From: a virus
Virus record (IMG/VR): IMGVR_UViG_3300049043_000244
Coordinates: 20,029 to 84,028 of that record
DNA: 64,000 nt
Direction: 5' to 3' (one strand)
Shown here: positions 13,066 to 24,343 of the stretch, piece after piece
Layout: each line of letters begins with the position of its first letter
Numbering within the stretch: the first letter of the stretch is position 1
Translations under genes and position numbers: made by a program
The notes under the pieces: model-generated
What the model saw: the letters and a program-made list of their open reading frames with translations, nothing else
Databases searched by the model: none
Told to the model about the DNA's origin: nothing

Positions 13066-13999
13066 TCAGGACTCTGCAAGTTTCTGGAAGTAACTCAGAG
13101 CATCATCTGAATCTTCATCATCATCTTCTTCTTGAACTGCAGGACGAGAAATCTCAAAGGAAGGTGAGGAACGCTTTGGTGCATATCCACCCAATCCTTT
13201 GTTATCATCTACAAGTTCGTCTTCTTCCGAAACAGTTTCGGAATCTTGTCGTGCAGGGAGTTTTCCTCCCAACACATAGTCCAGACGCTCTTCAGTTCAT
13301 CATAAGTCTTGAAGTTTGATGCAGCACTGAACTCGTTAAGATCATTCAGATTCTTATAGATCTTCTCCAGTTTGTCATCATCATCCAGAAGAGCAGAAGG
13401 TTTCTCAAACTCAGACTTATCGTAGTTCCAGTAACCTTCAACCTTACGAATCTTCAGTTTGAAGTTCGCACCAGTCCAGAAGTCAAAAGGATTGAGCAGC
13501 TTCTTCATCTGCAAACTGGGGTTGCATCGCTTCGGTAATCTTGTCATAGATCTTCTTACCGAACTTGTAGAGGAACACCCGACCCTCATTCTCGGGGTGT
13601 GCGGGATCATTCACCACATAAATGTTTGCGTAGTAGGAGAGTTTGCGTTTTTGTTTCCGAGCAATCTCCTTATCACGATCAGATCCAGAGTTCCATAGAA
13701 CACGATTGTGTTCGGACACAGGATCTTTCTGTCCCAGAGTCGTCAGAGAGTTTTCGATGTACCAACCACCAGGGCCTTGGAACGCATGGCTCCAAACTTG
13801 TGCCCAAGGAAGTTCACATCCTTCGGGTGCAGGGAGGAATCGGATGACCGCATAACCATTTCCGGCTTTGTCTACTTCGGGTTTCCAGAAACGATCATCA
13901 GCATCCACCTTCTCCACTATTCAGTTTTTCGACTTGTTTGATCAACTTTTCAGTTAGTGAACCAGCACGGGACTGTTTCTTAAGATCAGCAAAAGACAT
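13066..13999 (-). CDS. gp32: single-stranded DNA-binding protein gp32
   Basis: MSFADLKK...DDRFWKPEVDKAGNGYAVIRFLPAP...acidic tail ending LSYFQKLAES. Confidence 0.97.
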
Positions 14000-14055
14000 T
14001 TGTATTCTCCGTATTGAGTGTATTTGGCTTTTGGGACGACTTTATCTTACACGAC

Positions 14056-14786
14056 GTAAGAATGGTTGTCAGTCCTGGTTTGAGATTATTTTTCTTTGTT
14101 GGTTTTGCAACTGCAGTAGGTTGTGGTGCATTACGAACATAAACTTTTTGTTTACCAAATTGTTGAGAAGAAATATTTGGTTTTCCTGCAACATCTCTTG
14201 CAGTTATAAAGAGACAAATCATAACTTGTTTGTTTATTATAATTTCCAGCAGGTCCAAAATTTCCTGTATCTTGGACGGATGTTGATGCAACGGGGGTGT
14301 TCGTTCCAGTGGTTTTGCAGTTATATTGTAATTTTGTTCCAAATGGAGTTGATGGTTTGGAACTTGTCTTTAGACGCATAAGGAACTGCAACTAGTCTTT
14401 GTTTATTATCAAACTTATGTCCACTTGCAGTCAATGTACCAGGAGTATCTGCTTTACTATAAGAACTTACATTTACTGGTTTCCAACCATATCTTTTTTG
14501 TTCCGAACCAGTATGAGATCTTTGAGTAAATTGTCCTGTTGATTTATTCTAATTCTCCAGGTTGATAGTTCTTATATGCAAGAACTTTTGTATCTGGTTT
14601 TGGTTGTGGTTTTGGTTCCATAAACCCAAAGAGTTCTTGGATTTTTTCATCTTTCCACCCCTTTGACTTTGTTGTTTTGACTACCTTTTTATTCGCACCA
14701 ACATCTTCTACTTTCCACCCAATTGGTTTATCCGTATAAATTTTTACTTTCTTTGCTTCATCTAAGAATTGTTTAAAAGTTTTCAT
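14056..14786 (-). CDS. putative internal virion protein with RlpA-like double-psi beta-barrel (lytic transglycosylase) domain, frameshifted
   Basis: N-term MKTFKQFLDEA; manual translation VSSYSKADTPGTLTASGHKFD...PFGTKLQ...VQDTGNFG...YDLS..TAR. Confidence 0.6.
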
Positions 14787-15055
14787 TAGTCTTTGGGAAG
14801 TTCTTCTGGATTTTCTATTTGTAAATCAAATAACAATGGGTGGCATTCTTCATCAATCAAATAATTAGACCACCTATACATATCCTCAGTAGTATATTCG
14901 TAATTATTTTCTGCCTCTACCTGTATATATGGATCTTCCTGCATAATCAGAGGAAGATCATCAAATGTAAAGGGAATTCCATTTATGAAATACATATCTA
15001 CAATCTCACCATTATGGTAACAATAAGAGGAGGTGATCTTGTGGTAGTAAGACAT
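14786..15055 (-). CDS. conserved cyanophage hypothetical protein
   Basis: Intact 89 aa ORF in gene-dense run. Confidence 0.6.
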   Translation of the reverse strand: MSYYHKITSSYCYHNGEIVDMYFINGIPFTFDDLPLIMQEDPYIQVEAENNYEYTTEDMYRWSNYLIDEECHPLLFDLQIENPEELPKD

Positions 15056-15386
15056 TTACATATCTGCGATTTTGTCTAGACGAGTTAAAGTATTTTCCAT
15101 CTCCGCAAACAATTCATTAACGTTATTTCCATCAAATCCCAGAAATTTAGCAGCATCTTGAATTCTTTCTTTCATTTCAAGTGCTTCTGGATCATCAGAT
15201 AAGGAGAGACGAAAGTAAAGATTCTTTTGTTTCTCCAGAAAAGTTTTCATGAGTTCTACATGTTCCTTCTTTTGTTCTCTTACTCATAATAGGAGCTTTG
15301 AAGGTATCTTGAATAATTCGTTGTTGAAGTTCTTCCATCTCTTTGATGGCTTCCCTTACAATTTCGGATTGAAAAAATCCACTCAC
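15056..15386 (-). CDS. DUF1825-like protein
   Basis: FFQSEIVREAIKEM...FRLSLSDDPEALEMKERI. Confidence 0.7.
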
Positions 15387-15976
15387 AGTACGATCTCCTT
15401 TAATGTTTGTGTGTACTTCTCCCTATCAATATTTAGGAAAGACTTGTATTTTTTTATACGTAAACTGACAGATTCCCACACTGGATCCAATAAGTTTTTT
15501 ATCAAATTTTTTAGAAAAATTTAATATCATATCTAAAATTACAAAAGTTTCTATGGATAATGGCATTTTGTAAATACTTTTTAAGAATTTCTGGATGAGA
15601 AGATCCATTAACCTCAAACAATGAGTCAAAAGAATCTTTATGAAGAAACACTTTAGTCTCTGTTTTGAAGAGATAAAAGAGACTTTGCGATCTTTTTAAC
15701 CAGTTTGAATAATTCTTTTCACCTGACTCAATAATTTCACCGATCCACAGTTTTGCAGGATCATCACATTCTACAAAGTTAGTCGAAGAAATATTGACGA
15801 ATTTCATCGTCAGACTTCTGACGAGACATGCGTTCAAAAAAGTAACGATCTTTTCTCTTGTTGAACGATTCTTTGGAAGCTCGTGACTTCCCACAATATT
15901 GAAAGTAATCGTAGTTTGGTTTAGTGAAATGATTCTTGAATGCCAGGTATGTTTTGTATACCTCGATTGGTGTCAT
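15383..15976 (-). CDS. gp59: helicase loader gp59
   Basis: MTPIEVYKTYLAFKNHFTKPNYDYFQYCGKSRAS..SFNKRKDRYFF. Confidence 0.9.
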
Positions 15977-16242
15977 CAGAACATCAAATTTGAGCAACGA
16001 CTTGTTTTTTTAAGAAAATTAAGTTGAGTTGCCTCACATCTAATTTTTTCTTTAAGTGGTTTTGAAATAAGTTTCGACACAGATTCAAATTCAATTCCAT
16101 TTTCTTCACAATATGTGACAATAGCTTCAATATAATTGATTTTTGAAGTGGAGACTAGATATTCAATATCCTGTGCAAACTTAGACTGACAGAGAAATTT
16201 TTCTTTTATGAGTGAATTTACATCTTCAGTGTTATTCTGCAT
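15976..16242 (-). CDS. gp33: late transcription coactivator gp33
   Basis: FAQDIEYLV...INYIEAIVTYCEENGIEFESVSKLISKPLKEKIRCEATQLNFLK. Confidence 0.9.
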   Translation of the reverse strand: MQNNTEDVNSLIKEKFLCQSKFAQDIEYLVSTSKINYIEAIVTYCEENGIEFESVSKLISKPLKEKIRCEATQLNFLKKTSRCSNLMF

Positions 16243-16918
16243 GAGTTCTTGTTTCTGTTTTGTATGTGACAAATTCTCTAATGTACTTGGTAAGAAGTTT
16301 AATATAGTGACCCTTGTTTCTTTTTTCATAGACGAAGCATTCTCCATTGTCAGCGACCATAATAGTAATCAATTTTTGGACTGGAATACCAGTCATTTCA
16401 TAATACATGCAAGCATATGCTGTTTCCTGGACAAAATAGTTTTCAATCCATTCTTCAGGTTTAATTTTCTTCGAAGTCTTGAAGTCAATAACTGCGAGCT
16501 CTCCCTCGTACTCTGCGATGCAATCAACTCTGCCCGCAAGTCCCAAGTAGTCACTATAAAGTGACTTTTCTAAAGCATGTATATTATTTATACGATCTAG
16601 ATAGGGTTTAGCTGCAAGAAAGAGAAACTTTGTAACAGGAAGAGGATTGTATTTGTCAATGTCTTCATTTAACAAATACTTCTCAACAATATCATGGAAC
16701 TTGGTTCCACGATCTGTTGCAACCTTAGTGATCTTATTGGCTTCTTCCTCACCAACTTTCTTACGCCACTCAACAAATTTCTGTCTGCCATAGAAACTGG
16801 TCACAGAAGTAATAGAAGGGTATAACTTACCAGAAGGAACTCGATAAAATCGAGTCCCCTCTATCATTTCTAACCTCCAAATCAACTTCTTCTTTTAAAT
16901 AATCTAAGTGAACAAACA
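16232..16918 (-). CDS. PD-(D/E)XK exonuclease (cyanophage exonuclease A-like)
   Basis: YPSITSV...RGTKFH...LAGRVDCIAEYEGELAVIDFKTS; next to phoH. Confidence 0.9.
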
Positions 16919-17678
16919 TTACATACCTAAACCTAATTTAGCAACAATATAGTTTTTGACAAGTCCAGAACGAACGATATCATCAACTCCAAATTCTACC
17001 ATGGAAAAATCATATTCCATTGCACGAATAATTTTCATAAAATCAAGAATCCCATTTTTTTCATGGGTTTTAACAAGATCGGATTGAGTAGCATCACCAC
17101 AGAATACAATCTTACTATTTTCACCAATACGAGTAATTATACTATCTAATTCGTGAAAGTTCAAGTTTTGCATTTCATCAACTAACACGATTGCATTATC
17201 GAGAGTTGTACCACGAATAAAACTTGTTGACCAGAATGAAATCGTCTCTTGAGCTTTCAGATTACTATAGAGCATCTCGAAGTCCGCATCTGAAGGCAAC
17301 TCAAACATGTACTTACACATGTTCTTATATGGAATTTGGTAGAGTGAAGATTTATCTTCATGATCTCCAGGAAGAAAACCGATTTCTCTTGTAGACACAA
17401 GAGATCTTACAATATAAACCTTTTCATAGGGTGTTCTTTCATCTAGAACATCTTTAAGTGCAAGATAAAGCCCAACGAATGTTTTTCCTGTTCCTGCGGC
17501 ACCATAGGCAAAAATATTTTTGCCTTTTTTATATTCATCAAAAAAGATTTTTTGATTATCAGTTAACGGAGAAATGTCCGTCATTGAATCAGAATTAATT
17601 GGTTTTTTACGGCGCATTTGTTTTGCGCTCATACCGATACCAATGTTGCCGTTTGGAGGACTTTCTTGATCTTGGCAT
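16919..17678 (-). CDS. phoH: PhoH-family ATPase
   Basis: GAAGTGKT Walker A, REIGFLPGD, FIRGTTL, DEMQNL, GDATQSDL. Confidence 0.97.
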
Positions 17679-17679
17679 A

Positions 17680-17929
17680 CTAGATCTTCTTTACTCGTGA
17701 ACCAGGTGCTTTTCGAGCTTCAGTGAGAACATCATTCCAGCCTGGATTTCTGGAAATGAGTTTGTCTTTCCACTCGCCGACTTCACCCGCATTAGGGCAT
17801 GTAGATGGATCGCTCCAATCTCTGTCCCAATTCCGGATTATTCCTCTTCCACTGATCCCAGTCGTGAACACTCATCGACACTTCTTTCTGTTCGCCAGTG
17901 GATTTATTAATAACAGGATAAGTCGCCAT
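17680..17929 (-). CDS. conserved cyanophage small protein upstream of phoH, frameshifted
   Basis: MATYPVINK.TGEQKEV...WDRDWSDPSTCP..GEVGEWKDKL. Confidence 0.65.
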
Positions 17930-17962
17930 GAAATTTAATGTAGTTCAAGTTATAATTATTTA

Positions 17963-18808
17963 TTACAAAACCTTATGAGCAATGTAACTCTGAGAGGAGA
18001 TTTGTTCTATGTTCCACTTTATTATAGGCTTTACATAATAATCGTCATCCTTTTTTAATTTAAATTTTTTGTAGTTGATTCTATTGTGTTTTTCTAAAAT
18101 TAATTTATGAACAACATTATCATCATCAACATTGTTGTACTTTTTGATGTGATCTCTAATTGCGACTTCTAAATGTTTTTTCTCATTGTATGCTTGAAAT
18201 TCTTCCACTCTTTTCTTGGTTAAATGTGGCAAAGAAAAGAGAGTTTTTTCATCAAATTTGATATTCACGTGTTTTAAACCTAAGAGTAAAATTCTCTCAT
18301 AAATTTCAGTATCTTCCCAGGCAGCAATTTATTCATGTTTTCATTGTATCCACCAATTTTAAAGTAATTTTCTTTTGATATGTACAAAGTACCCCAAAGT
18401 GGTTTTAAATACTTATAATTTTGATAGACATGTTTTGGATCAGACTTTGCATTTGTAAAATGCCAAGACTCATCTGTACCTGTTAAAAATGACTTATCAT
18501 CAATAGTATGATGATCAAAAAAATTGAAGTATGGATTCATGACAGTATCTGAATCCAATTTTAAGATATAATCACTCTCAACTAAAGATGCGGCTAAGTT
18601 TAATGGTTGAGGTTGATTGAAATATGGTTCTTTTGGAACAGTGATGATCTTAATTCGACTATCTAATCGAGTTAAATGATTGACTGGTTTATCAGAATTC
18701 CAATCTGTTACGATGATTTCATTAACCTCGTCAAACTGAATCCATGAACTTATAGAAATTGTTAAAGCTTCACCCTGTTTTTACAGGCAGATATTATCGA
18801 AATACTCA
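17963..18808 (-). CDS. GT2/GT7-like glycosyltransferase (paralog 2), frameshifted
   Basis: YFNQPQPLNLAASL, LKLDSD, LWG.LY...IGGYNEN; paralog of upstream gene. Confidence 0.7.
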
Positions 18809-19650
18809 TATTTTGACAGTTCGTATAATTGATCACTTATTTGGATGACTTCCCATTTATAAATTGGTTCCGAATACCAATCTACGTTTATTTCTTCATC
18901 TGGATTTTCTTTTGGTTCTAAATTAAGAACTTGAGTCATTCTAGATGATATTGGATATACATTATGATTTTTATCTTTAGATAATTTTGCAATATATTTG
19001 TAGAGATCGTCACCCACCAAATCTTTTCCAAATTCACTTAAAATTTTAGTTATACTATTAAAGGATTCAAAATTTTTTACTCGATCTTGATCTGTATGAG
19101 GAATATGTAGGGCAGAACACTTTTGTATATCAATTAGAATTGGATCGAGGCCATAGGATATTAATCTTACAGCCAACTCATCATCTTCCACTGCATAATA
19201 CTTCCCATTATTTTCATTATATCCACCAACTTTTCTAAAAGTTTCGGTTTTTACATACAACAACCCCCAAAGAGAGTGTAAAAAATGAAAATCCATTCCT
19301 TCTAACAAATTGTTAGATCCTGACACAAAAGATTTTTCTGTAATTTTATGAATATCAAAAAAATTAAAATACGGATTTAGTATGTGATCACAATCCAATT
19401 TGAGAAGGTTTTCATTTTTAACTAAAGATGCAACTAAGTTTAATGGTTGAGGTTGATTAAAGTATGGTTCATTTTTTACATTAATAATTTTTATTTTTTC
19501 ACTTAAAATTGTTAGATGATCTATGGATTCATCCGAATTCCAATTTGTTACAATAATTTCATCAACCTCATCAAATTGCATCCATGAAGCCATGGACATG
19601 GCTAGGGGCTTATTTCTATTTTTACATGCGGATATTATTGAAACTGACAT
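18781..19650 (-). CDS. GT2/GT7-like glycosyltransferase (paralog 1)
   Basis: MSVSIISACKNR...LKLDCD (DxD)...VGGYNEN..YYAVEDDELAVRL. Confidence 0.8.
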   Translation of the reverse strand: MSVSIISACKNRNKPLAMSMASWMQFDEVDEIIVTNWNSDESIDHLTILSEKIKIINVKNEPYFNQPQPLNLVASLVKNENLLKLDCDHILNPYFNFFDIHKITEKSFVSGSNNLLEGMDFHFLHSLWGLLYVKTETFRKVGGYNENNGKYYAVEDDELAVRLISYGLDPILIDIQKCSALHIPHTDQDRVKNFESFNSITKILSEFGKDLVGDDLYKYIAKLSKDKNHNVYPISSRMTQVLNLEPKENPDEEINVDWYSEPIYKWEVIQISDQLYELSKYEYFDNICL

Positions 19651-19865
19651 TTTATCGGCTGATTTCAAGTTCTGAATAATCTAATTTTTGAAGTTCTTCT
19701 GGTTTAATTTCTTGAGTTTTGAACTCTCCGTTTTCAGTATATTCAATGATATATTTGTCGGGCGTCAGCTACGATCGTGCATGAAGTCCAAACTTTGTCT
19801 TTTGTTACTGCCTGTGTTTGGTAATACATGTTACCTCCTTAGGGGGCATTGGTATATATCACCAT

Positions 19866-20495
19866 TCAAGCCTCAGAAACTGAAGGAAATTGTTGTTTAA
19901 AAACTTCTTTACAATCAAGAGCAATATCCATATGTTCTTTCTGAGTTCCATGAGCAGAACGAAGGTTGATATAATGAATCCAGTCTACCGACAAGATCCC
20001 GTCATATAGATGCGTGTGGGGGTCGCCAAGGGCAATACAAACCTCGCGCACTCCTTTGCTACCCCAGCTCCAACATCCTCTTGTAGAGGTTATTAGAGTG
20101 CGTAAACAGTTCAGCAATTTCTGTCTGAAATTTGAGTTTTACATAATCACCAAGATCATCTGTAGAATTTTGACGATTCTTGGTGTCCTGACGACGAAGA
20201 TCGGGAATCGGGATGTTTTCCGTCAATAAGGTAGTAATCAGCGATATCGTTGAGAGAACTCTTGAAATGTGAAACTACGATGGCGTAGGATCTGTGCCTG
20301 CAATACCACGAGTCGTCTCAATCTCAAGGGTCATAGAAGACTGTCTCAAACACAGACCAATGATTATGCTTAATACAATAAGCAATGCAACTTGGCATAG
20401 TTTTCGTTGTCTTGATTCGCAGGATTGCTAACTCGTGCAATAAACGCCATTGTTTTTTCTGCATCGGGAGTTACCGAAATAAGTTTTACTGTCAT
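19866..20495 (-). CDS. thyX: flavin-dependent thymidylate synthase, frameshifted
   Basis: [24 protein letters not shown] motif, [17 protein letters not shown]. Confidence 0.93.
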
Positions 20496-20507
20496 TTAAT
20501 TCCTCAA

Positions 20508-20675
20508 TCAGGGTAAGCCGTCATCATCTTCAAAGACCTCATCATAATCAGAGATGTGATCTTTATGTTGTTTTATTTGTTTATAAGAATCTAGATCAGA
20601 ATAAATTTCTGATTTTAATGCATTTAGAAGCAATTCCATGTTTCTTACAATCAATTTAAGTCTTTCTTTATCCAT
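20508..20675 (-). CDS. conserved hypothetical protein
   Basis: MDKERLKLIVRNMELLLNALKSEIYSD read from reverse strand. Confidence 0.55.
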   Translation of the reverse strand: MDKERLKLIVRNMELLLNALKSEIYSDLDSYKQIKQHKDHISDYDEVFEDDDGLP

Positions 20676-20706
20676 GATTATGCATAATCTCTAACTATTT
20701 TACTAC

Positions 20707-20732
20707 AAAAAAAGGAGGGTGTAAACCCTCCT
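20707..20732 (-). terminator. intrinsic terminator closing the riboswitch-DUF4278 transcript
   Basis: AGGAGGGT-GTAA-ACCCTCCT hairpin with U-tract on minus strand. Confidence 0.8.
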
Positions 20733-20836
20733 GAGTATCATCTCGTTCCAACTAAATGTACGATTTTCAGCTTGGTGACGACGATCTTCTTTTTGTTTTT
20801 GTTCTTTAATAAGTTGAAGGAAGTTAAGTTTTTTCA

Positions 20837-20998
20837 TTTTAAACCTCCCTTTGACTTTTCCATTGAAAACTTATATCCGTTTTCATCTACCCAGAACATC
20901 GTTCCACGATAGATTTCCACATGAGGTTCTCTTTTAAAAGTTTGGTTTGGGCGATCGTTGGTGTCATATTCCACACCACGATATACGACTTTAGACAT
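20837..20998 (-). CDS. DUF4278-family small protein (family includes GS-inactivating factor IF17-like proteins)
   Basis: MSKVVYRGVEYDTNDRPNQTFKREPHVEIYRGT with two YRG motifs; AGGAGA RBS. Confidence 0.75.
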
Positions 20999-21028
20999 TA
21001 GGTTTCTCCTTAATTTTGAGGCTGAAGA

Positions 21029-21248
21029 GCGTTCCTTCAGTCGGCTTTTTGCGTCTATGAAAAACTTACAAGTCTTTGGAGATCCTTCTTTAAAAATCTG
21101 AATGAGTTCAGATCTTTCAGCTCATCCATTTTTAGTTTTACATTACCAATAAGTCTTTGACTTGTACACAAGTCCAGAGAATTGTTTCCATAGATGAACG
21201 ATCCGTTCCGAGTCGGCTTACTTCCGTCTGGTTTTCCAGATGAACGAT
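21029..21248 (-). ncRNA. tandem glnA-motif (glutamine riboswitch)-like RNA; second unit has ~130 nt expanded P2 loop
   Basis: Minus strand: AUCGUUCAUCUGGAAAACCAGACGGAAGUAAGCCGACUCGGAACG, then AUCGUUCAUCUAUG...CAUAGACGCAAAAAGCCGACUGAAGGAACG; directly upstream of DUF4278. Confidence 0.8.
21037..21191 (-). CDS. ~50 aa ORF nested inside the riboswitch (METILWTCVQ...ELIQIFKEGSPKTCKFFIDAKAD), with read indels
   Basis: ATG inside 5' strand of P2; TGA stop within the conserved GCCGACUGAAGGAACG. Confidence 0.55.
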
Positions 21249-21254
21249 AGGAAT

Positions 21255-21308
21255 ATTATACTTCCCGTGATCTTATATAGTCAAGTACTTTTGTAACTTT
21301 TGTTACAA
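21255..21308 (-). promoter_or_regulatory. sigma70-type promoter (TTGACT-18-TATAAT) with upstream NtcA box TGTA-N8-TACA
   Basis: -10 at 21255-21260, -35 at 21279-21284, TTGTAACTTTTGTTACAA at 21291-21308. Confidence 0.75.
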
Positions 21309-21559
21309 TTTTATTTAACTTTGCTGGATAATTGTGACTCCAACTCATTGATACGACTGAACTCATAATCAAGCTGTTCCGATTTCTCGTGAAGAATATC
21401 CATGAGATCATCGTAAACCACTTCAATATCTACATAGTCATTGAAATAAGTTTCAAGGCTACCCGAAGATATCTTTTACGATTCCATTCTGGGGAATAGG
21501 GTTTATATTCCATGATAAAAATATTGTATGCGATTATTATAGGTTATTTGGTGATTATT

Positions 21560-21880
21560 GTCAATCTCTTTGGCACAGTCGTCTGGTTTATCTTCAGTCC
21601 ACCAGTCAACCATATCATCTACACTGTCAAATCCACGTTTACCAAAACGATCAAATCCAGTTCCACCAATATCAAGTTGGTTCAAAAAATCATCCATATC
21701 TCCTTCTTGCATGTTGGGATTTTCGGATGTTCTTCTAGCCTGACGAAGCAGTGTTCCCGCAGTGCGATTTTACCTTTCCAAGTTTCTCCACCAAATCATA
21801 TCTTCCAAACTCACCTCTTCATGTTTAGCAATTTTATTGCAAATACCTTCTAAACGTAGGCGATATTGTGTAGAGAGCAT
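21560..21880 (-). CDS. conserved cyanophage hypothetical protein
   Basis: MLSTQYRLRLEGICNKIAK...DDFLNQLDIGG. Confidence 0.65.
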
Positions 21881-21902
21881 AATTAATCTCCATATAAGGT
21901 TA

Positions 21903-22619
21903 TTTAGATTGTACTAAGTACATCAATGGTCGGAAACCATCCAATACTTTTCATGAGAGAAATGTCTACAACGTTGTCTTCCCTCTCTCCTGGAGTTTCT
22001 TCTAGAACTGGAAGATGTCCTTGTCCAAATGCTTTTCCAAGATCTCTTACAGAAACAGATTTTCCAGTTCCAATCGTAACTGGGCCCAGTGATCATCACT
22101 ACTTGCAAGATGCCGAATTGCACGACAAACATCTTTTACGTGAATCCAATCGCGTTTATGATTGGTTACATATTTTGCCTTTCCGTCCTTTAATAGATCA
22201 TACATCATGTTTCCACGACCACCAGGGCCGTAAACAGTTGTAAACCTCATACCAACTGAATTGGAGGAGCCATTTGTTCATTAATCCACTTAGTCATCGC
22301 ATATGGATTAGTCCAGTATCTTTCTTCAACTGCGCTTGAAGAAGCATAAAGAAGTCTAGTATTAGTTTTTCTACACCACTCAAACAAAGGTTTTGCAAAT
22401 GCAACATTGTTTTCGTAATATTTTTGAGGATTTTCTTGACTTTCACGAATGTCCGCATATGCAGCTAAATGAATCACAAGATCATAATCTCCCCCAGAAA
22501 AATCTCTAACATCGTCTGGACGATCCAATCCAGTTACCCATTGATTATGAGTTTCTCTCCAATCATTAAAAACATGTTTACCAATAAATCCTTTATGTCC
22601 AGGTGATTAAAACTTTCAT
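21903..22619 (-). CDS. NAD-dependent sugar epimerase/dehydratase, frameshifted
   Basis: MKVLI.GHKGFIG, VIHLAA, YASSS, YAMTK (YxxxK), RDWIHVKDV. Confidence 0.85.
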
Positions 22620-22632
22620 AAAATATTATCTT

Positions 22633-22954
22633 TCAATATAACTCAAAGTATGATTTGATAGCATTTAATTGTTCTATAATTATATCACAACCAATCTTTG
22701 GATCGCAATCACCACAGGTATAAACATCACATGCGGCTTTACCATCTTCTGGCCATGTATGGATACTTATGTGACTTTCGGATAATAAACAGAGAACCGT
22801 TACTCCTTGAGGATCAAACTTTTGAAATATCGTCTGAAGTACAGTTGCACCACTCAGCTGATGCTGCACTACTCCAAAAGATCCATAAGAAATGCTCATC
22901 GTTCAGGTGACCGAATGAGCATCCAAATAGGTTAAGAAGATAGTGTTTGCCCAT
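22633..22954 (-). CDS. speD: S-adenosylmethionine decarboxylase
   Basis: KFDPQGVT..LLSESHISIHTWPE...DVYTCG. Confidence 0.93.
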
Positions 22955-23128
22955 CTATGTAGGATTATCCTCCTGATCCTTGAGTAAACGACTGACGATT
23001 TGTTCTCTCCCGTCCATCATAGACTGCTGTGTAAATAGAAGATCTCATATACCTTTTAATTTTTTTATACTGTTTTTTAACTTCTTTAAGAGCATCAAGA
23101 TTCATCTCAATGTTCATATCACCAGAAA

Positions 23129-23386
23129 TCACCTCTTTCTCTTCTTGTCTGGGGGTTGATAATTCCAAGTTTTTGGATTGATTGTTCCTTCTGTCCATTT
23201 AATACCTCTTACATCCCTATATTTGTCCCAATAAAAATTAAAAATGTCATACTGAGATCCAGCCTGAACAATATCATATTGCGTTTCTTCATCTACACCA
23301 TAAGATACTAAATACGAATTTCGTGGTAAATCACGATTTTTAGCAGCAGATGGATCACAATCCACATGAATAATATTCACGGACAT
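23129..23386 (-). CDS. conserved cyanophage hypothetical protein
   Basis: IIHVDCDPS...LPRNSYLVSY...DIFNFYWDKY. Confidence 0.6.
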   Translation of the reverse strand: MSVNIIHVDCDPSAAKNRDLPRNSYLVSYGVDEETQYDIVQAGSQYDIFNFYWDKYRDVRGIKWTEGTINPKTWNYQPPDKKRKR

Positions 23387-23387
23387 A

Positions 23388-23900
23388 TCAAGAACGATTC
23401 CCCCACTGAATATCAGGATACGCCTCTGAAACAAGTTCTTTGGTGATATTGTATTTAGTTTGTAATTTTTTATCCTTTACAAGACATAACACTTCAGCTT
23501 CTCCTGGATGAAAGGACTCTAGCATATTGATGAACATCGTTTCTTTGCGAAGTTTGTTCATTGCGTCATTACCACCCTTTACAAAGTTATAGAACTTACT
23601 CCATTCTTTGCGAATGTTTGAGGATGGGGATTTTTCAGCGTTTTCACTTTCTTGAATTGGAACTTCACCTTCAGGAAGAACTGATATAATAGAATCATCA
23701 AAGTTCCAAATCAAGAGAGATTTAAGGAAATTTTCATTGTATTGCTGAAGGATTCCAATTTTTTTATCCTTTGTTCTTTCTCCAACTACAGCTCGCAAGA
23801 ATCTCATGAACATATGATGTTGGGGTGAGTTGAATTTTTTCTACTCGATTTTAAAGCAGTAGAAGTAGTAATATTTTTTGCAACGGGAGATCTCGCAGTT
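23388..23900 (-). CDS. conserved T4-like hypothetical protein
   Basis: LIWNFDDSIISVLPEGEVP...ETMFINMLESFHPGEAEVL; start uncertain. Confidence 0.6.
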
Positions 23901-23912
23901 ATTCTAGATCTT

Positions 23913-24143
23913 CTATTGGTTGTCGTCGTCTTCTTCGTAGTCGTCATGGCTGTTTTCAAATCGTACTGCAATTACTTCGTCTGGAATAAGATTTCCATTA
24001 CCATCAAACATTTCTGGATGAACAAATACTTGTTGTGGAGTAGAAAAAACCACATGTTCTTTCCATAACCATCCAATTATACCACCAATCATTAGGAACA
24101 TGAAAGATACCATGCAAAAGATGGCAACTACTGGTGCTGCTCA
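23913..24143 (-). CDS. membrane-anchored cyanophage hypothetical protein
   Basis: TM segment then HPEMFDGNGNLIPDEVIAVRFEN. Confidence 0.6.
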
Positions 24144-24343
24144 TGAATTTGCCTCCGAGAGATTTACTTGTTTTTTATATCGAATGAAAATTCAAAATAG
24201 ATGTTTATCTCTCGTTTGAGGAGAGTAACCATCTTACCAAAACTAAATTGAAATGTTTTTGGTTCTTCAGGCGTACTCCTCCTTTTTCTTAACAACAACT
24301 CCACACCTTTATTTATGTGGAGCTCATTATCTCCACTCATAAT

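Noticed and set aside
16232-16918. Cas4/CRISPR association of the exonuclease
   Set aside because: It is the core cyanophage exonuclease beside phoH; no Cas4 Fe-S cysteine set, array or other cas genes are visible.
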